The translations under genes and the position numbers were made by a program. A model generated the notes under the pieces. The model had not been told where the DNA came from, searched no databases, and was given only the letters and a program-made list of their open reading frames with translations. A DNA stretch of 63,764 bases, filler included, from Octopus bimaculoides (Eukaryota), in NCBI RefSeq assembly GCF_001194135.2. It is 6 parts of 5 records of this genome, joined end to end, with 100 filler letters (N's around TTAATTAATTAA, not from the genome) between each part and the next. Parts side by side here need not be neighbours in the genome. Positions count along the whole stretch, not along the records: positions 1 to 14,788 come from NC_068998.1; positions 14,889 to 29,278 come from NC_068987.1; 4 more parts are not named here. One strand, written 5' to 3'. Numbering within the stretch: position 1 is the first letter of the stretch; each line of letters opens with the position of its first letter. Shown here piece by piece: positions 12,291 to 25,327 of the stretch.

Positions 12291-14755
12291 CATGTCAGTA
12301 ACAGTCCAATGACTGAATACTAATCAAACACTGTTTATACTTGAATTTTCTATTGGCCAAAAATCATGTAAGATCTCACAGAACAGCCATCGTATAAGAA
12401 TTAGCCACATTGATATATAAGATACTATATATTTGCATATTTTGCAGTTCAAAATTTGTTGTTTTTTCCTTCGGTGTTTGAAATCAACCACCAGGCATCA
12501 GATTTTCTTAAAGAGAGCTTATTACAGCTCAATGGACTGCTATAAAACAGTCTCTTCCATCTCTGTCAAAATAAGTGTTAACCAGCTCTCCTTTTTTACG
12601 ACTTCAGAGTACTGGGATATTATTCAATAATAATTAGGTGCTGACTCTTTCAAATCTATAACTTGAAATAAATGCAGTCCATCATCATTTTATATAATTT
12701 ATATAATGAAGAAATGTTGACTTGAAATATTTCCAACAGTCTAACCTTCAAATTTCGTTTTAAAAAAAGTTATAATACTTAAATAATTGATTTATTTATG
12801 AATTTTATTTTTATATATTTTATAGAATTAATTTATTTTATCATCTGAAAGTCAGCTTATCAAGCTGGGTTAAATAGAAAAGCATAATTTAAGTTTTTCT
12901 TTAATTCAAAATTTTATTAAATTTTCATTCTCCTAATTTTATTAATTTTTTTTCTCATGACTCTCAAAATAAGATAAATTTATTATTTTTCTTTAATATT
13001 TAAAAAAACTTTTGTGAATATTCTAAGAATTTATAAATTTGTGGTTTAAATTTCACAAGAATGCTAGCCAGGGCACATATATTTTGCCTCTAAAATCCCA
13101 GTTATGCTAATTGCTTTTTCTAATTAATGAAGACCATGTTGATTCCCTGTAGATGGTTGGCTGGTTAGGTGGGTGGCTTAAAATTTCCACCAATAATATC
13201 TCATGGTGGACTATTTTACACAAATTCCAATAGTTAATCAGCAACAACAAAAAGATTATGAAAAGGAAAACATTTCTTAGAATTAATTAAAAATAGAATA
13301 ATCAAGTAAAAATTAATACTGGCACACACCCTCACTCACACTTAAGGCAAATGATTCATTTAATTCAATTTCATGTTACTCTCAAGTACTGGTCATGCGT
13401 GTTCAGTTTTGTAACAAGTCAAGTTGAAGTCAGACTTGTGTATGCATATAAAATATATAGACATATATGTGGGTGCATGTGTGGCTGTATGAATACTGAG
13501 TTTACCAGAAAGATGCACGGCTGGTGAATATCAATTTATCTATTTATCTGGTCTGTCTGCCTACCTAATTACTTACCTATCTATCTATCTACCTGTCTGC
13601 CTGTCTATCTATCTATCTACCTGTCTGTCTGTCTGTCTGTCTACCTGTCTAGCTATCTATCTAGATAGATAGATAGATAGAGGAATAGAGATATTCAGGA
13701 GATTATCTGCTATACTAATAACACATATATATATCATACAACCATTGGGTGTAGCTAAGATTTCAACCAGGGATGGGGGGGTGTGATTGGTTCTCAATTA
13801 ATGATCATGGATCCACCATTAATCATTTAATTTACCAACACCACCACTACAACCATCATCATCGTCACCATCATCATCATCATCAATAATGGCAGCAATC
13901 AAATCCATAACCACTAAATGGTTATGGATTTGTTTGCACAGTGTGGCACCCTGGGTAAGTACCAGTGCTTATGACTTGTACAGTTGCTTCAAGTCATACC
14001 ATTTTATCAAAGGGTAACTTTATTATCTAATAAATAATGAAAAGATAAGTATGAGACAGTACTGAGGTTGGTATGATCAACTAAAATTCTTGAAAGCAGT
14101 GTCTCAGAATGACCAGTGTCCAATATCTCAAGCCAGTGGAAAAAAAAAAAAAAAAAAAAAANNNNNNNNNNAAACTAAGTTTTTTTTCCTCCATTTCAGT
14201 TATGACATAAAGGATATAAAGACACTTGAAAAGTGTGTAAACAAACAAAGTGTTTCATATAAAGGCTGGACTCCAGTATGGTCTGGACCATGATAGCCAA
14301 AACAAACTAACAAACAATAAATAACAAACCAAATCAATAACCATCGATGGCTTTTATATTTCCATTACTACCTTCATCTTACTTTTTTTTATGTCACTAT
14401 TTAGTCGCAAACAACAATGAGTGCTAAATACAAACACATACTCTCATGGAAGTGGTACATGGCAAACACTCTGATCTGAGTATATAAAGTGTATTTTGAT
14501 GAAAATAAATTGTTAATAATCGATCCTCTTTGGTGTCTATGCAACTAAGTTACTGTGTACATAAAAATTATGTATACTAATTCCTTTTTTTTTTTGTCTT
14601 GCAAATATTTTGGAATTAATCAAGAGGTTATTTGATTTTAGTCAAATTCAAAGAGATGGTATTATTCCACAGAGAACATTCAACAACAGCTTTTAAAAAT
14701 CTTATTCAATCGACATTCATTTCCCAATACACTCAAATGAAATGACTATGGAAAT

Positions 14756-14788
<33 letters not shown>

Positions 14789-14832
14789 NNNNNNNNNNNN
14801 NNNNNNNNNNNNNNNNNNNNNNNNNNNNNNNN

Positions 14833-14844
14833 TTAATTAATTAA
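14833..14844. other. Assembly linker TTAATTAATTAA inside a 100-bp N44-12-N44 gap (also 29323-29334, 38775-38786, 41729-41740, 61897-61908)
   Basis: The same 12-mer recurs centred in N runs (44 N on each side where counted). It carries TAA stops in all six frames, as scaffold spacers typically do. Confidence 0.95.
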
Positions 14845-14888
14845 NNNNNNNNNNNNNNNNNNNNNNNNNNNNNNNNNNNNNNNNNNNN

Positions 14889-15116
14889 ATATGATGTTCA
14901 AGTTCATGTCCATAGGGTGGTGATTTCAATTCCTGGACGGGGCTGCAATTTGTATCCTTAAACAAGCCACTTCGTTTCATGTTGCTCGAATCTTCTTGGG
15001 TGCAACGAGCTCCGGTGCAATGTTGGTCGACTTTGCCTTTCATCCTTTTGGGGTCGATAAATTAAGTACCAGTTGCGTACTGGGGTGTCGACCTAATCGA
15101 CTGCCCCCTCCCCAAG
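14889..15116 (+). mobile_element. Chimeric SINE: family D-type 5' part joined to the family C central domain and tail
   Basis: ccttaaacaagccacttcgtttcatgttgctc (D-like) is followed by gtcgactttgcctttcatccttttggggtcgataaattaagtaccag (C domain). Confidence 0.65.
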
Positions 15117-15649
15117 TCCTCAATTCTGTATCCAATGTGGGCTTATCTGAAAAGAAAACATGCAGTTAGCATCAGTAAAGGTTGAATTTAATGCATGCCA
15201 AGTTTGATTACTGTATGATAACTCCTTCCTAGTCATCCTATAAACTTTTCAGCCTGTCCTCGTATACCACTTCGTGAGACTAACTCGCGGTTTAACTTCC
15301 AGCTGAGCTACTTAAAGATATCAAAGTAATGGTTATCGATAACTCGTGAATTATCATCTCCTCTCCCACAATGAGACAAAAGAAACAATAAAATGAAAAC
15401 TAATCAGAATTTTGCTTAATCCATGGACAATTATGCTTCCTCCATGTGAACATTTACGGTCCTTAGGTCCAATCAGGATACCACCTGTCTGCTAGAAGTT
15501 ACAAAATAAACCACAAATCCGGTTTGTCTATAAGACAAATCTTTCACTCTTTATCTATTGCTTATTTTTCCATCTGGCTACAGGATATATTTTGATTATG
15601 TTCTGATAAGTGGCTTCTGGGAATATGTATAAATCTTCTGCTCTCAACT

Positions 15650-16059
15650 ACTCACCTTTATAAAAATAAAAAAAAATAAAAACAACGCTTCCGACGATTC
15701 TAATTCAGATCTCCTTTTCTCATTCCACTAAATTTATCTATTCTTTTTATCATTCTCCAAACTTCTCTATCCGCAACTGTTTCTCATCCTGCATCGACGA
15801 TATCAAGGCTATTTCACATTGAGGTTATTGTCTTTGGTGTTTTCGATGTTCTCAATTACCTTTGACACTTGCAATTATCTTAATCCCAACATTACTGACA
15901 CGTCACTTTAACACTCATTATTTGGTGTCAAAATTTTCGTCGCACTAACTGCAACCAGGTCACTGACATAGTTCCACTGTTTCTGGTTTGACTAAGGTTG
16001 TCGACATGTAAAGGTTTCAGCGTCATATTTCCATCTATACAAACTCTCCCACTCTTTCA

Positions 16060-16149
<90 letters not shown>

Positions 16150-16480
16150 CGCAGGAGATGATCGTTAGATAGACTACTGCGCAGTATACGTTCTGGGCGT
16201 TCTTCTTACACACGCTCGCACGCACACATAAACACTGTCTCTAAAAGAAATCAGTCGTGTTCAAACCTGAACAAGGATGGGCAAAAATATAAACACATTC
16301 TTTCAATGCTTACCATGTTCGAGGAACTATTGATGGACTATTTTGATTGTTGGCATCTTCTTAGAGGAGACCTTCCCAATTTCCTTTCCGCAATCCATAG
16401 CATAAGATATTCATCTCGATATAAGCAGACATGAATTAAGCTCCAACAACGCCCATGCAGATGAATGGCTAGTCTATATT
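15650..16480 (-). promoter_or_regulatory. Candidate promoter / first-exon region of a leftward-transcribed gene
   Basis: CpG density rises sharply by eye from ~15.2 kb. Two consensus minus-strand donors: AAG|GTGAGT (exon end 15656) and ATG|GTAAGC (ATG at 16316-16314). CRE-like TGACACGTCA at 15896-15905 and (CT)n(CA)n at ~16063-16146. No downstream coding exon was identified. Confidence 0.3.
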
Positions 16481-16489
16481 ACTCCATTT

Positions 16490-16720
16490 AGGAGCACAGA
16501 GACGATTTCTCGGTTTCTCTGGCGTGTATATCGCCTCCCTGGACGGGATGCCGGTCCGTCGCAGGATTACTCAGTTTTGCCAATTGAACGGGCTGGAACA
16601 ACGTGAAATGAAGTGTTTTGCTCAAGAAAACGTATCGCCCTGTCCTGGAATCGAAACCCCAATTTTACGATAATGAGTCCAACACCCTAATCATTAAGCT
16701 ATGCACTTCCACCCGTACAG
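16490..16720 (-). mobile_element. SINE family D copy
   Basis: Reverse complement resembles 20965-21230 (…tcttgagcaaaacacttcatttcacgttgttccagcccgttc…), with B-box-like ggtttcgattcc. Confidence 0.7.
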
Positions 16721-16924
16721 ATGAAACCAATCTTCACTCCTTCCTAACCCTCCGTACATATGCGTTATCCATCTGCAATCTAGACCTTCTCAACCCGTGA
16801 AATCTACATTGACTCGATGACCGCTAAAAATATCCGCCGATGGAGTCACATTAATCTGTTCGTTAACAGTGAAAACACACGGACAGTGCAGGTAGGCGGG
16901 AGATGAGACAGGACGGACAGCCTA

Positions 16925-17147
16925 AAGGCGGTGAGCTGGCAGAAACGTTAGCCTAGCGGTATTTCGTCTGCCGTTACGTTCTGAGTTCAAATTCCGCCGA
17001 GGTCGACTTTGCCTTTCATCCTTTCGGGGTCGATAAATTAAGTACCAGTTACGCACTGGGGTCGATGTAATCGACTTAATCCCTTTGTCTGTCCTTGTTT
17101 GTCCCCTCTATGTTTAGCCCCTTGTGGGCAATAAAGAAATAAGAAAA
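16925..17147 (+). mobile_element. SINE family C (ggcggtgagctggcagaaacgttagc head, Meta-domain-like centre), with 9-bp TSD
   Basis: B-box-like gagttcaaattcc, central gtcgactttgcctttcatcctttcggggtcgataaattaagtaccag, A-rich tail. TSD gacagccta at 16916-16924 and 17148-17156. The resemblance to the MetaSINE domain is from memory only. Confidence 0.9.
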
Positions 17148-17588
17148 GACAGCCTAGAGTCAAGAACGGGGGAGAAAAGTCGTCGACGGCCTTATGCTCC
17201 TTAGGAAGCGAAGGGTTTAGTAAGTCTACAGTGGTAGCTCCTTGGCGCAGCCGAATTGTTCTATGTTGCATTCCCTCAGGCACTTCACAATCACACATTT
17301 AACTGCACTAATCTCTCTCGGAATGTCTACGAAAGTCATAGGCGTAGCACCTTCCTCTCAATCAGATTCAAGCTTAAAATCTATCGCTCAGCAGTTTTAC
17401 TTGTTCTGCTACATCAGCTCTTCAATAGCATTCAAGCTTAATATAAATGAGCTGCGCTTTTCCTTTGTCATTCTGTAGAAATATCTTTTTAAATTCTCTT
17501 TCATCGATAGCGAGAGGCTAGTAAATTAAATTTAGGGTATTCATAGCGTGCGAGAAACGAAGCTAGAAATACAGATTTACCGTTAATA

Positions 17589-17974
17589 TCCATGTTGTTG
17601 TTGGCACTCCGTCGCTTACGACGTTGAGGGTTCCACTTCAACGGAACAGCTTGCTCGTGAAATTAACGTGCAAGTGGCTGAGCACTCCACAGACACGTGT
17701 ACCCTTCACGTAGTTCTCGGGGGATATTCAGCGTGGCACAGTTTGACAAGGCTGACCCTTTGAATTACAGGCACAACAGAAACAGGAAGAAAGAGTGAGA
17801 GAAAGTTGTGGTGGAAGAGTACAGCAGGGTTCGCCACCATCCCCTGCCGGAGCCTCGTGGGGCTTTAGGTGTTTTCGCTCAATAAACACTCACAACGCCC
17901 GGTCTGAGAATCGAAACCGCGATCCTATGACCGCGAGTCCGCCGCCCTAACCACTGGGCCATTGCACCTCCACT
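17589..17974 (-). mobile_element. SINE family A, full-length, 8-bp TSD
   Basis: Reverse complement of 8401-8795. TSD cgttaata at 17581-17588 and 17975-17982. Confidence 0.92.
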
Positions 17975-18206
17975 CGTTAATAGCATATATACGTAGAAAC
18001 ATTTAAACACCCACTCATATATAAACGTACTGGTGTATACTTACATGTGGCATACCTCTCGCGGGTTATCGAGGCACACAAGATTTCACACCATTAAGAA
18101 GTACAAAACGTTGTAGCAAGAGAAGAACGTCAAGATGAGAAAAATACGCCGGTGAACCAGATATGAGAGTGAGTGCTTCCGGTAGAAAGGTTTATTACTA
18201 TTAATA

Positions 18207-18419
18207 AGGTGGCGAACAGGCAGAATTGTTAGCACGCCGGGCAAAATGCTTAGCAGCATTTCATCCGGCATTTCGTTTTGAGTTCTATAACCGCCGGAGT
18301 CGACTTTGCTTTTCGTCATTTCGGGGTCGATAAATTAAGCACCAGTGAAACACAGGGGTCGATGGAATCGGTTAGTTCCCTCCCCAAAATTTCAGGCCTT
18401 AATGCCTATAGCAAAAAGG

Positions 18420-18485
<66 letters not shown>
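18207..18485 (+). mobile_element. SINE family C copy ending in an expanded (ATT)n tail (18420-18485)
   Basis: Head aggtggcgaacaggcagaattgttagcacgccgggc, central C domain, then about 22 ATT units. Confidence 0.85.
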
Positions 18486-18488
<3 letters not shown>

Positions 18489-19078
18489 TAGTTTTATTTT
18501 TATAACGTGCTTTCACTTCACTACCGAGCGCAGCTCTGTGCGCCTTGGGTATGTGCTGNNNNNNNNNNNNNNNNNNNNNNNNNNNNNNNNNNNNNNNNNN
18601 NNNNNNNNNNNNNNNNNNNNNNNNNNNNNNNNNNNNNNNNNNNNNNNNNNNNNNNNNNNNNNNNNNNNNNNNNNNNNNNNNNNNNNNNNNNNNNNNNNNN
18701 NNNNNNNNNNNNNNNNNNNNNNNNNNNNNNNNNNNNNNNNNNNNNNNNNNNNNNNNNNNNNNNNNNNNNNNNNNNNNNNNNNNNNNNNNNNNNNNNNNNN
18801 NNNNNNNNNNNNNNNNNNNNNNNNNNNNNNNNNNNNNNNNNNNNNNNNNNNNNNNNNNNNNNNNNNNNNNNNNNNNNNNNNNNNNNNNNNNNNNNNNNNN
18901 NNNNNNNNNNNNNNNNNNNNNNNNNNNNNNNNNNNNNNNNNNNNNNNNNNNNNNNNNNNNNNNNNNNNNNNNNNNNNNNNNNNNNNNCGAGTAAAACTCG
19001 AGCTAGTCTTTCTTGGAATTCTACTGCATTTTAGTAGGAAAAAAACATTCAGGAGGTATGTGTATGTATGTGTTTGTA

Positions 19079-19138
<60 letters not shown>

Positions 19139-19326
19139 CGTGCGTGCATGTATGTGTGCATACATACACACCTGAATGTCATGTGACTAGTAATAGTTCG
19201 TGTTTGTTGTTTTGGTTTTACATTTGTTAGTTATCTAGATGTTTTTTTTTGTAATTGTTGGTTCATTGTTGTTTTAAATGCATGTGGGGTGGGCGGTTGT
19301 TTTTCCTTTCTTTCAGAAACACCTAC

Positions 19327-19361
<35 letters not shown>

Positions 19362-19873
19362 CTTTTTTCGTATTTTGCTTCTTTTTCCCCTTAATTGTAA
19401 ACGTTGTGGATGATGTCGATGGTGGCGATGGTTGTGGTAGTGGAAGTGTGTGACTATATGTATGTATGTGTGTGTGTATGTGTGTGTGTGTGTGTGTGTG
19501 CTTGTTTGTGTGTTCTTTTGTGAAAATATGTAAAGAAGGGATAGGCACAACAACGAACCAATGTTTGTATAAAAGACACACCTTCCATTTTTCTTTTCTC
19601 TCTTTTACTTTACTCAGCAAATCGTTTTCACTATTCCTTTCCTCCACGTTGTATTCCGAGTTGTTTCTCGCGCTGTTGTTGTTGTAGTCGTCGTCGCCGT
19701 TCTTTTTCGATGGGTTGTGCTTATTAGTAGTGGTGGCCCTGTGTATTTATCGGTGTGTTTTTTTTTAGTATGTGCATTTGTGCGTATGCGTGAAATGCTT
19801 GTTTGTGCGTTCGTTTGTCAGTGTGTATATGTGCGTATGCTTGTGTGAATGTGAGGGGAATGGATAGAACGAA

Positions 19874-19917
<44 letters not shown>

Positions 19918-20649
19918 NNNNNNNNNNNNNNNNNNNNNNNNNNNNNNNNNNNNNNNNNNNNNNNNNNNNNNNNNNNNNNNNNNNNNNNNNNNNNNNNNNN
20001 NNNNNNNNNNNNNNNNNNNNNNNNNNNNNNNNNNNNNNNNNNNNNNNNNNNNNNNNNNNNNNNNNNNNNNNNNNNNNNNNNNNNNNNNNNNNNNNNNNNN
20101 NNNNNNNNNNNNNNNNNNNNNNNNNNNNNNNNNNNNNNNNNNNNNNNNNNNNNNNNNNNNNNNNNNNNNNNNNNNNNNNNNNNNNNNNNNNNNNNNNNNN
20201 NNNNNNNNNNNNNNNNNNNNNNNNNNNNNNNNNNNNNNNNNNNNNNNNNNNNNNNNNNNNNNNNNNNNNNNNNNNNNNNNNNNNNNNNNNNNNNNNNNNN
20301 NNNNNNNNNNNNNNNNNNNNNNNNNNNNNNNNNNNNNNNNNNNNNNNNNNNNNNNNNNNNNNNNNNNNNNNNNNNNNNNNNNNNNNNNNNNNNNNNNNNN
20401 NNNNNNNNNNNNNNNNNNNNNNNNNNNNNNNNNNNNNNNNNNNNNNNNNNNNNNNNNNNNNNNNNNNNNNNNNNNNNNNNNNNNNNNNNNNNNNNNNNNN
20501 NNNNNNNNNNNNNNNNNNNNNNNNNNNNNNNNNNNNNNNNNNNNNNNNNNNNNNNNNNNNNNNNNNNNNNNNNNNNNNNNNNNNNNNNNNNNNNNNNNNN
20601 NNNNNNNNNNNNNNNNNNNNNNNNNNNNNNNAGAGAGAGAGAGAGCGAA

Positions 20650-20681
<32 letters not shown>

Positions 20682-20964
20682 CGAAAGAGAGAGAGAGAGC
20701 GAAAGAGAGAGAGAGAGGGGGGAGAGAGAAAAAGAGATAACAACACTTCTGAAAGGAAAATATTTATGAAAAGGAACAAAACACAAAGATTGGGGAGAGA
20801 TATGTTTTGAAGCACAGTATCTGTGCATATATATATAATCAGGTAGATACGAGCATACGCACGTAGAGGTATATGTGTGTGTGTGTGTTTATGTGTGCGT
20901 GTGTGCATGTGTGTGCGTGTGTGTGTGCGTGTAAGTGTGTGTGTGTGTGTGTGTGCGCGCACCC

Positions 20965-21462
<498 letters not shown>

Positions 21463-21467
21463 GCATG

Positions 21468-21813
21468 TATTTCTCTTCTATTTTTTAATTATTATAAAAC
21501 TTCCACTGAAGAGGGATCCGGTTTCCAACAAAGATACAAGGCCCCGTTTTAGGGATGTAGTTCACACAGACAAATTCACATTTGGGACTTGAGAAAAGTC
21601 TTGCATATTTTTACTGTTCCACTAACAGATTGCACTTGTAATGTACGAATTAGCCGGTCGATTTCTCTTTTTGAAAATCCCAGTTTATCCAGATTCTCCT
21701 TTAGGCATTTACTAACAAAACTCAGTGCTCCAATTGTCATTGGTATGAATATGAATTCATAGTCTGGATATAGAAGCTGGAGGTTTCAAACCAGTTGTCC
21801 ATAGATATCCTCT
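21468..21813 (-). mobile_element. RLE-type non-LTR retroelement 3' fragment
   Basis: Minus-strand translation EDIYGQLV*NLQLLYPDYEFIFIPMTIGALSFVSKCLKENLDKLGFSKREIDRLIRTLQVQSVSGTVKICKTFLKSQM* matches the C-terminus downstream of the restriction-like endonuclease (IGALG....L..LG.......LQ....GT.KI...L). Confidence 0.8.
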
Positions 21814-22076
21814 TGTATGTATGTATGTATGTATGTATGTATGTATGTATGTATGTGTGTATGTATGTATGTATGCATGTATGTATGTAAGTATGTATAT
21901 ATGTATGCATGTGTGTATGTATGTATGTGTGTGTATGTATGTATGTAAGCATGTATGTATGTGTATGTATGTATGTATGTATAAAAGTATGTATGTATGT
22001 ATGTATGTATGTATGTATGTATGCATGCATGCATGTATGTATGTATGTATGTATGTATGTATGTATGTATGTATGT
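21814..22076. repeat. (TATG)n microsatellite between two RLE-element copies
   Basis: Directly visible. Confidence 0.95.
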
Positions 22077-22383
22077 CTCTTCTGATTTTAATCATTGAAA
22101 TTCTTCCTCCGAAGAAGGAACTTGTTTCTAACAATTATACAAAACGCCATCGTTGGTTTGTGGATAATGAAAACAATCTTACATTTTAAAGCTGAGAAAA
22201 AGCTTGCATAGTCTTATTGTTCCACTTACAGAGTAAATATGTAATGTGTGAACCAGCTAAGTGATTTCTTTTTCTGAAAATCCAAGCTTACCCAAACTGA
22301 CATTCAGGTATTTCCTTACAAAACCAAATGCTCCAGTTATTTTTGCTATAAATGTAAATTTGTAATCCGGATATAGAATCTGG
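22077..22383 (-). mobile_element. RLE-type non-LTR retroelement 3' fragment, diverged second copy
   Basis: Minus-strand translation QILYPDYKFTFIAKITGAFGFVRKYLNVSLGKLGFSEKEIT*LVHTLHIYSVSGTIRLCKLFLSFKM*. (TATG)n on both sides. Confidence 0.8.
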
Positions 22384-22881
22384 TATGTATGAATGTATGT
22401 ATGTATGTATGTATGTAGACACTTGAGTGTAAAGAAAAAAATGAAAAGAGAGTATTCGATACTGAAAAACGAATGTTCTGTTTCATTGGAAGCTGAATAT
22501 TCATGAATTGCTAACTCCTAGTATCTCTCTTCTGATCTCGAATTACACAGACTACCTTAACCGACTCTAGTTTTTAAGTGCTATAAACAGCTATAAATCA
22601 CAAAATTCTCTCGACGGAGAAAGGAAGGGTGTTCTTTCTCTGTTGTAAATCTATTAGGATCAGAAACTCGTTAGATCGATTCCAGTTTGTCTACAGAGCG
22701 ATAAAATCTAGTTTTTAACCAATTTGTTTCTTTTATTCGGCATAATTAGCCTTTTGTCTGTCCAAATCACTTTCGTGAGTTTATTCCAACCGTCCAGACG
22801 TTTCGTAGGTCCTTGTTTCATACGTTTTGAGTAATATAAAGCTTTCCTTTCATACATTCCGAGTTACTCTCCTGATTGTAT

Positions 22882-22935
22882 ACATAACCCTGGCGCTCTT
22901 GTATTATAAATGATACGTGGGCGCCAGGGTTATGT
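22882..22935 (+). ncRNA. Candidate pre-miRNA-like hairpin
   Basis: Perfect 15-bp inverted repeat acataaccctggcgc / gcgccagggttatgt, extended by G-U-containing pairs to ~24 bp with one mismatch and a UAAA loop. It matches no conserved miRNA I recognise. Confidence 0.35.
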
Positions 22936-23051
22936 CCCAAGTGTATCACATAGGATACATAGAACAAGTAAAGCGTTAAAACTCGTATGGTTATTTAAAA
23001 AGTTAGTGCCATATCCTTACATACCTATACCTTACTATCTCTCTGTCTATG

Positions 23052-23134
<83 letters not shown>

Positions 23135-23138
23135 GTGT

Positions 23139-23248
23139 CCTTATTCAGTTTAATTTCAAGATTTCTTGCCAATAGAAAAGGAGCCACTTTCTAAATTAGA
23201 TCCAAGGCTCCTTCGTTGAAATTTCAACATCAACAGGGTATTTTTTTA
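23139..23248 (-). mobile_element. ~105-bp UTR-only derivative of the RLE element
   Basis: Reverse complement carries gccttggatctaatttagaaagtggctcc, homologous to the 3' UTR core of the 21468 copy (gccttgtatctttgttggaaaccggatcc). Near-identical in extent to 38899-39000, with tatgt at both ends. Confidence 0.65.
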
Positions 23249-23939
23249 TGTGTGTGTGTGTGTGTGTGTGTATACGTGAAGATTTGTATGTGCAGATTTG
23301 TATGAGCAGGTTTGTGTGTATATGTGCAGATTTGTATGTTTTGCTTTATGTATGTATTCTCATGCATATAGTTGCATATCTAAATATGCTCATATATACT
23401 TGCCCTAGGTGACGCGCAGTGTGACTGAATCCAATTCTACATGGATCGTGGTATAAAGCAAGCTTCTTAACCACACAGAAATGTGAGACAACGCTTAGAA
23501 TGTTTCTGTGTGCGTAGCAGCTGCTTCAATCCAGTTTTATGAACCGTCTGCTCTGCCAACGATGTATTAGTAGTACACTTAAGTAGATAAATGATTCTGC
23601 TTTGTATAGAGTAAATAGTTGTAGGTAAATATTTGGGACTTGAGTCAGCAGCTGTTCAAAGAGCTAAGGTAATAGAGGTCTCTGAATACAAGATCTATAT
23701 TATAGATATATCCGAGAACACGAGAGATCATTGATTATTTGTTTGTTTATTTATTTTATGTTTTGCTTGCTTTTGTCATTGGACTGCGGCCATGTTGGTG
23801 CGGGTGTCACTTTGAAGGGTTTCGTTTAAGTATTCGTATTTATTTATTTATTTATTTATTGGAAGTTGGTACTTATTCTATCGGTTTCTCTTTTCGCCGA
23901 ACCGCTGTGTTACGCGGACGTAAACAAACCAACATACAT

Positions 23940-23970
<31 letters not shown>

Positions 23971-24980
23971 CATACACACACACATATATGTATATATATA
24001 TATATANNNNNNNNNNNNNNNNNNNNNNNNNNNNNNNNNNNNNNNNNNNNNNNNNNNNNNNNNNNNNNNNNNNNNNNNNGGTAAATGATAGGATTGCCTC
24101 AATCCTTCAGGGGTAGTCTGAAGCATCCAAGCAACCAGGGGATGTTTAAATCCGGAGGCACTCCTGGGAATCACCTGTGCGGGTACCGTCTTGGTTAGAG
24201 GGCATCCAGAGGCAAGTAATTTACTGTTTAAACCGTAGTTTATAATTATATGCAACAAGCTTCTTTCAGTTTCAGTCTACCAGATCCACTCACAAGGTTT
24301 TCGTCGACTCGAGGCTATAGTATAAGATATTTGCCCAAGATCCCACGCTGTGGGACTGAACCCGAAACCATGTGGTCGAGAAGCAACCTTCTTATCATAC
24401 AGCCACACCTGCACATATGGTGAACGTGTAAAAATGGCAAAGAGAAGAGCCAAATGGAGATCCTTGATGTCCAACTTTCTGAGAACAGCTGACATCTAAT
24501 TCTGATAAACTGCAATAAAAGTAGTCAAAAGAAGCACTCTTCTGATTGCTATACGAATAGAATGAAGGAATCCTGATATCATTTTCACTGGGAGTTTAGA
24601 ATATTGTGGAGGCGCAATGGCCCAGTAGTTAGGGCAGCAGACNNNNNNNNNNGGTACTTTTTTAATCGAGTTCGAAAGGATGAAAGGCAAAGTCGACCTC
24701 GGCGGAATTTGAACTCAGAACATAACGGCAGACGAAATACCATTAAGCATTTCGCCCGACGTGCTAACGATTCTGCCAGCTCACCGCTCTTCGTGGAGGA
24801 AATAAAACTAACACTATTTGATATGTGAGAGATAACACCTTAGAATATACATAATCAGTATAACCAAACCTGAAACCTTCTTTCTCTTTGTAACATCTTC
24901 ACTCTACGCTATGGAAGAGCTTCAGGTAAGTAGCATAGCTAGTAAAGATCGAGGGGGCAGTACGCGCCGGGTGATGCTTT

Positions 24981-25195
24981 TATGTGGTGACACACTGCCT
25001 AAATACCAGTCTTGAGAAATTAGGTTTCTCAAAACCAGAAAAGAGAAAGGTAATTATAAAACTACAGATCCAATCCATCACTGGAACTGTAAAAATCTGT
25101 AAAACTTTTCAGAAGTTTATCATTTAAATGAATACGAACTTGTCTAGATATGCAACTATATGCATGAGAATACATGCATAAAACATACAAATCTG
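24981..25195 (+). mobile_element. RLE-type non-LTR retroelement 3' fragment followed by (CATA)n (25196-25430)
   Basis: Translation YVVTHCLNTSLEKLGFSKPEKRKVIIKLQIQSITGTVKICKTFQKFII* (stop ends 25127), then a short UTR and a long (CATA)n tract. Confidence 0.85.
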
Positions 25196-25294
25196 TACAT
25201 ACATACATACATACATACATGCATAATAGATACATACATACATGCATACTTACATATATACGTACATGCATACATACATACACACGTACGTACG

Positions 25295-25327
<33 letters not shown>

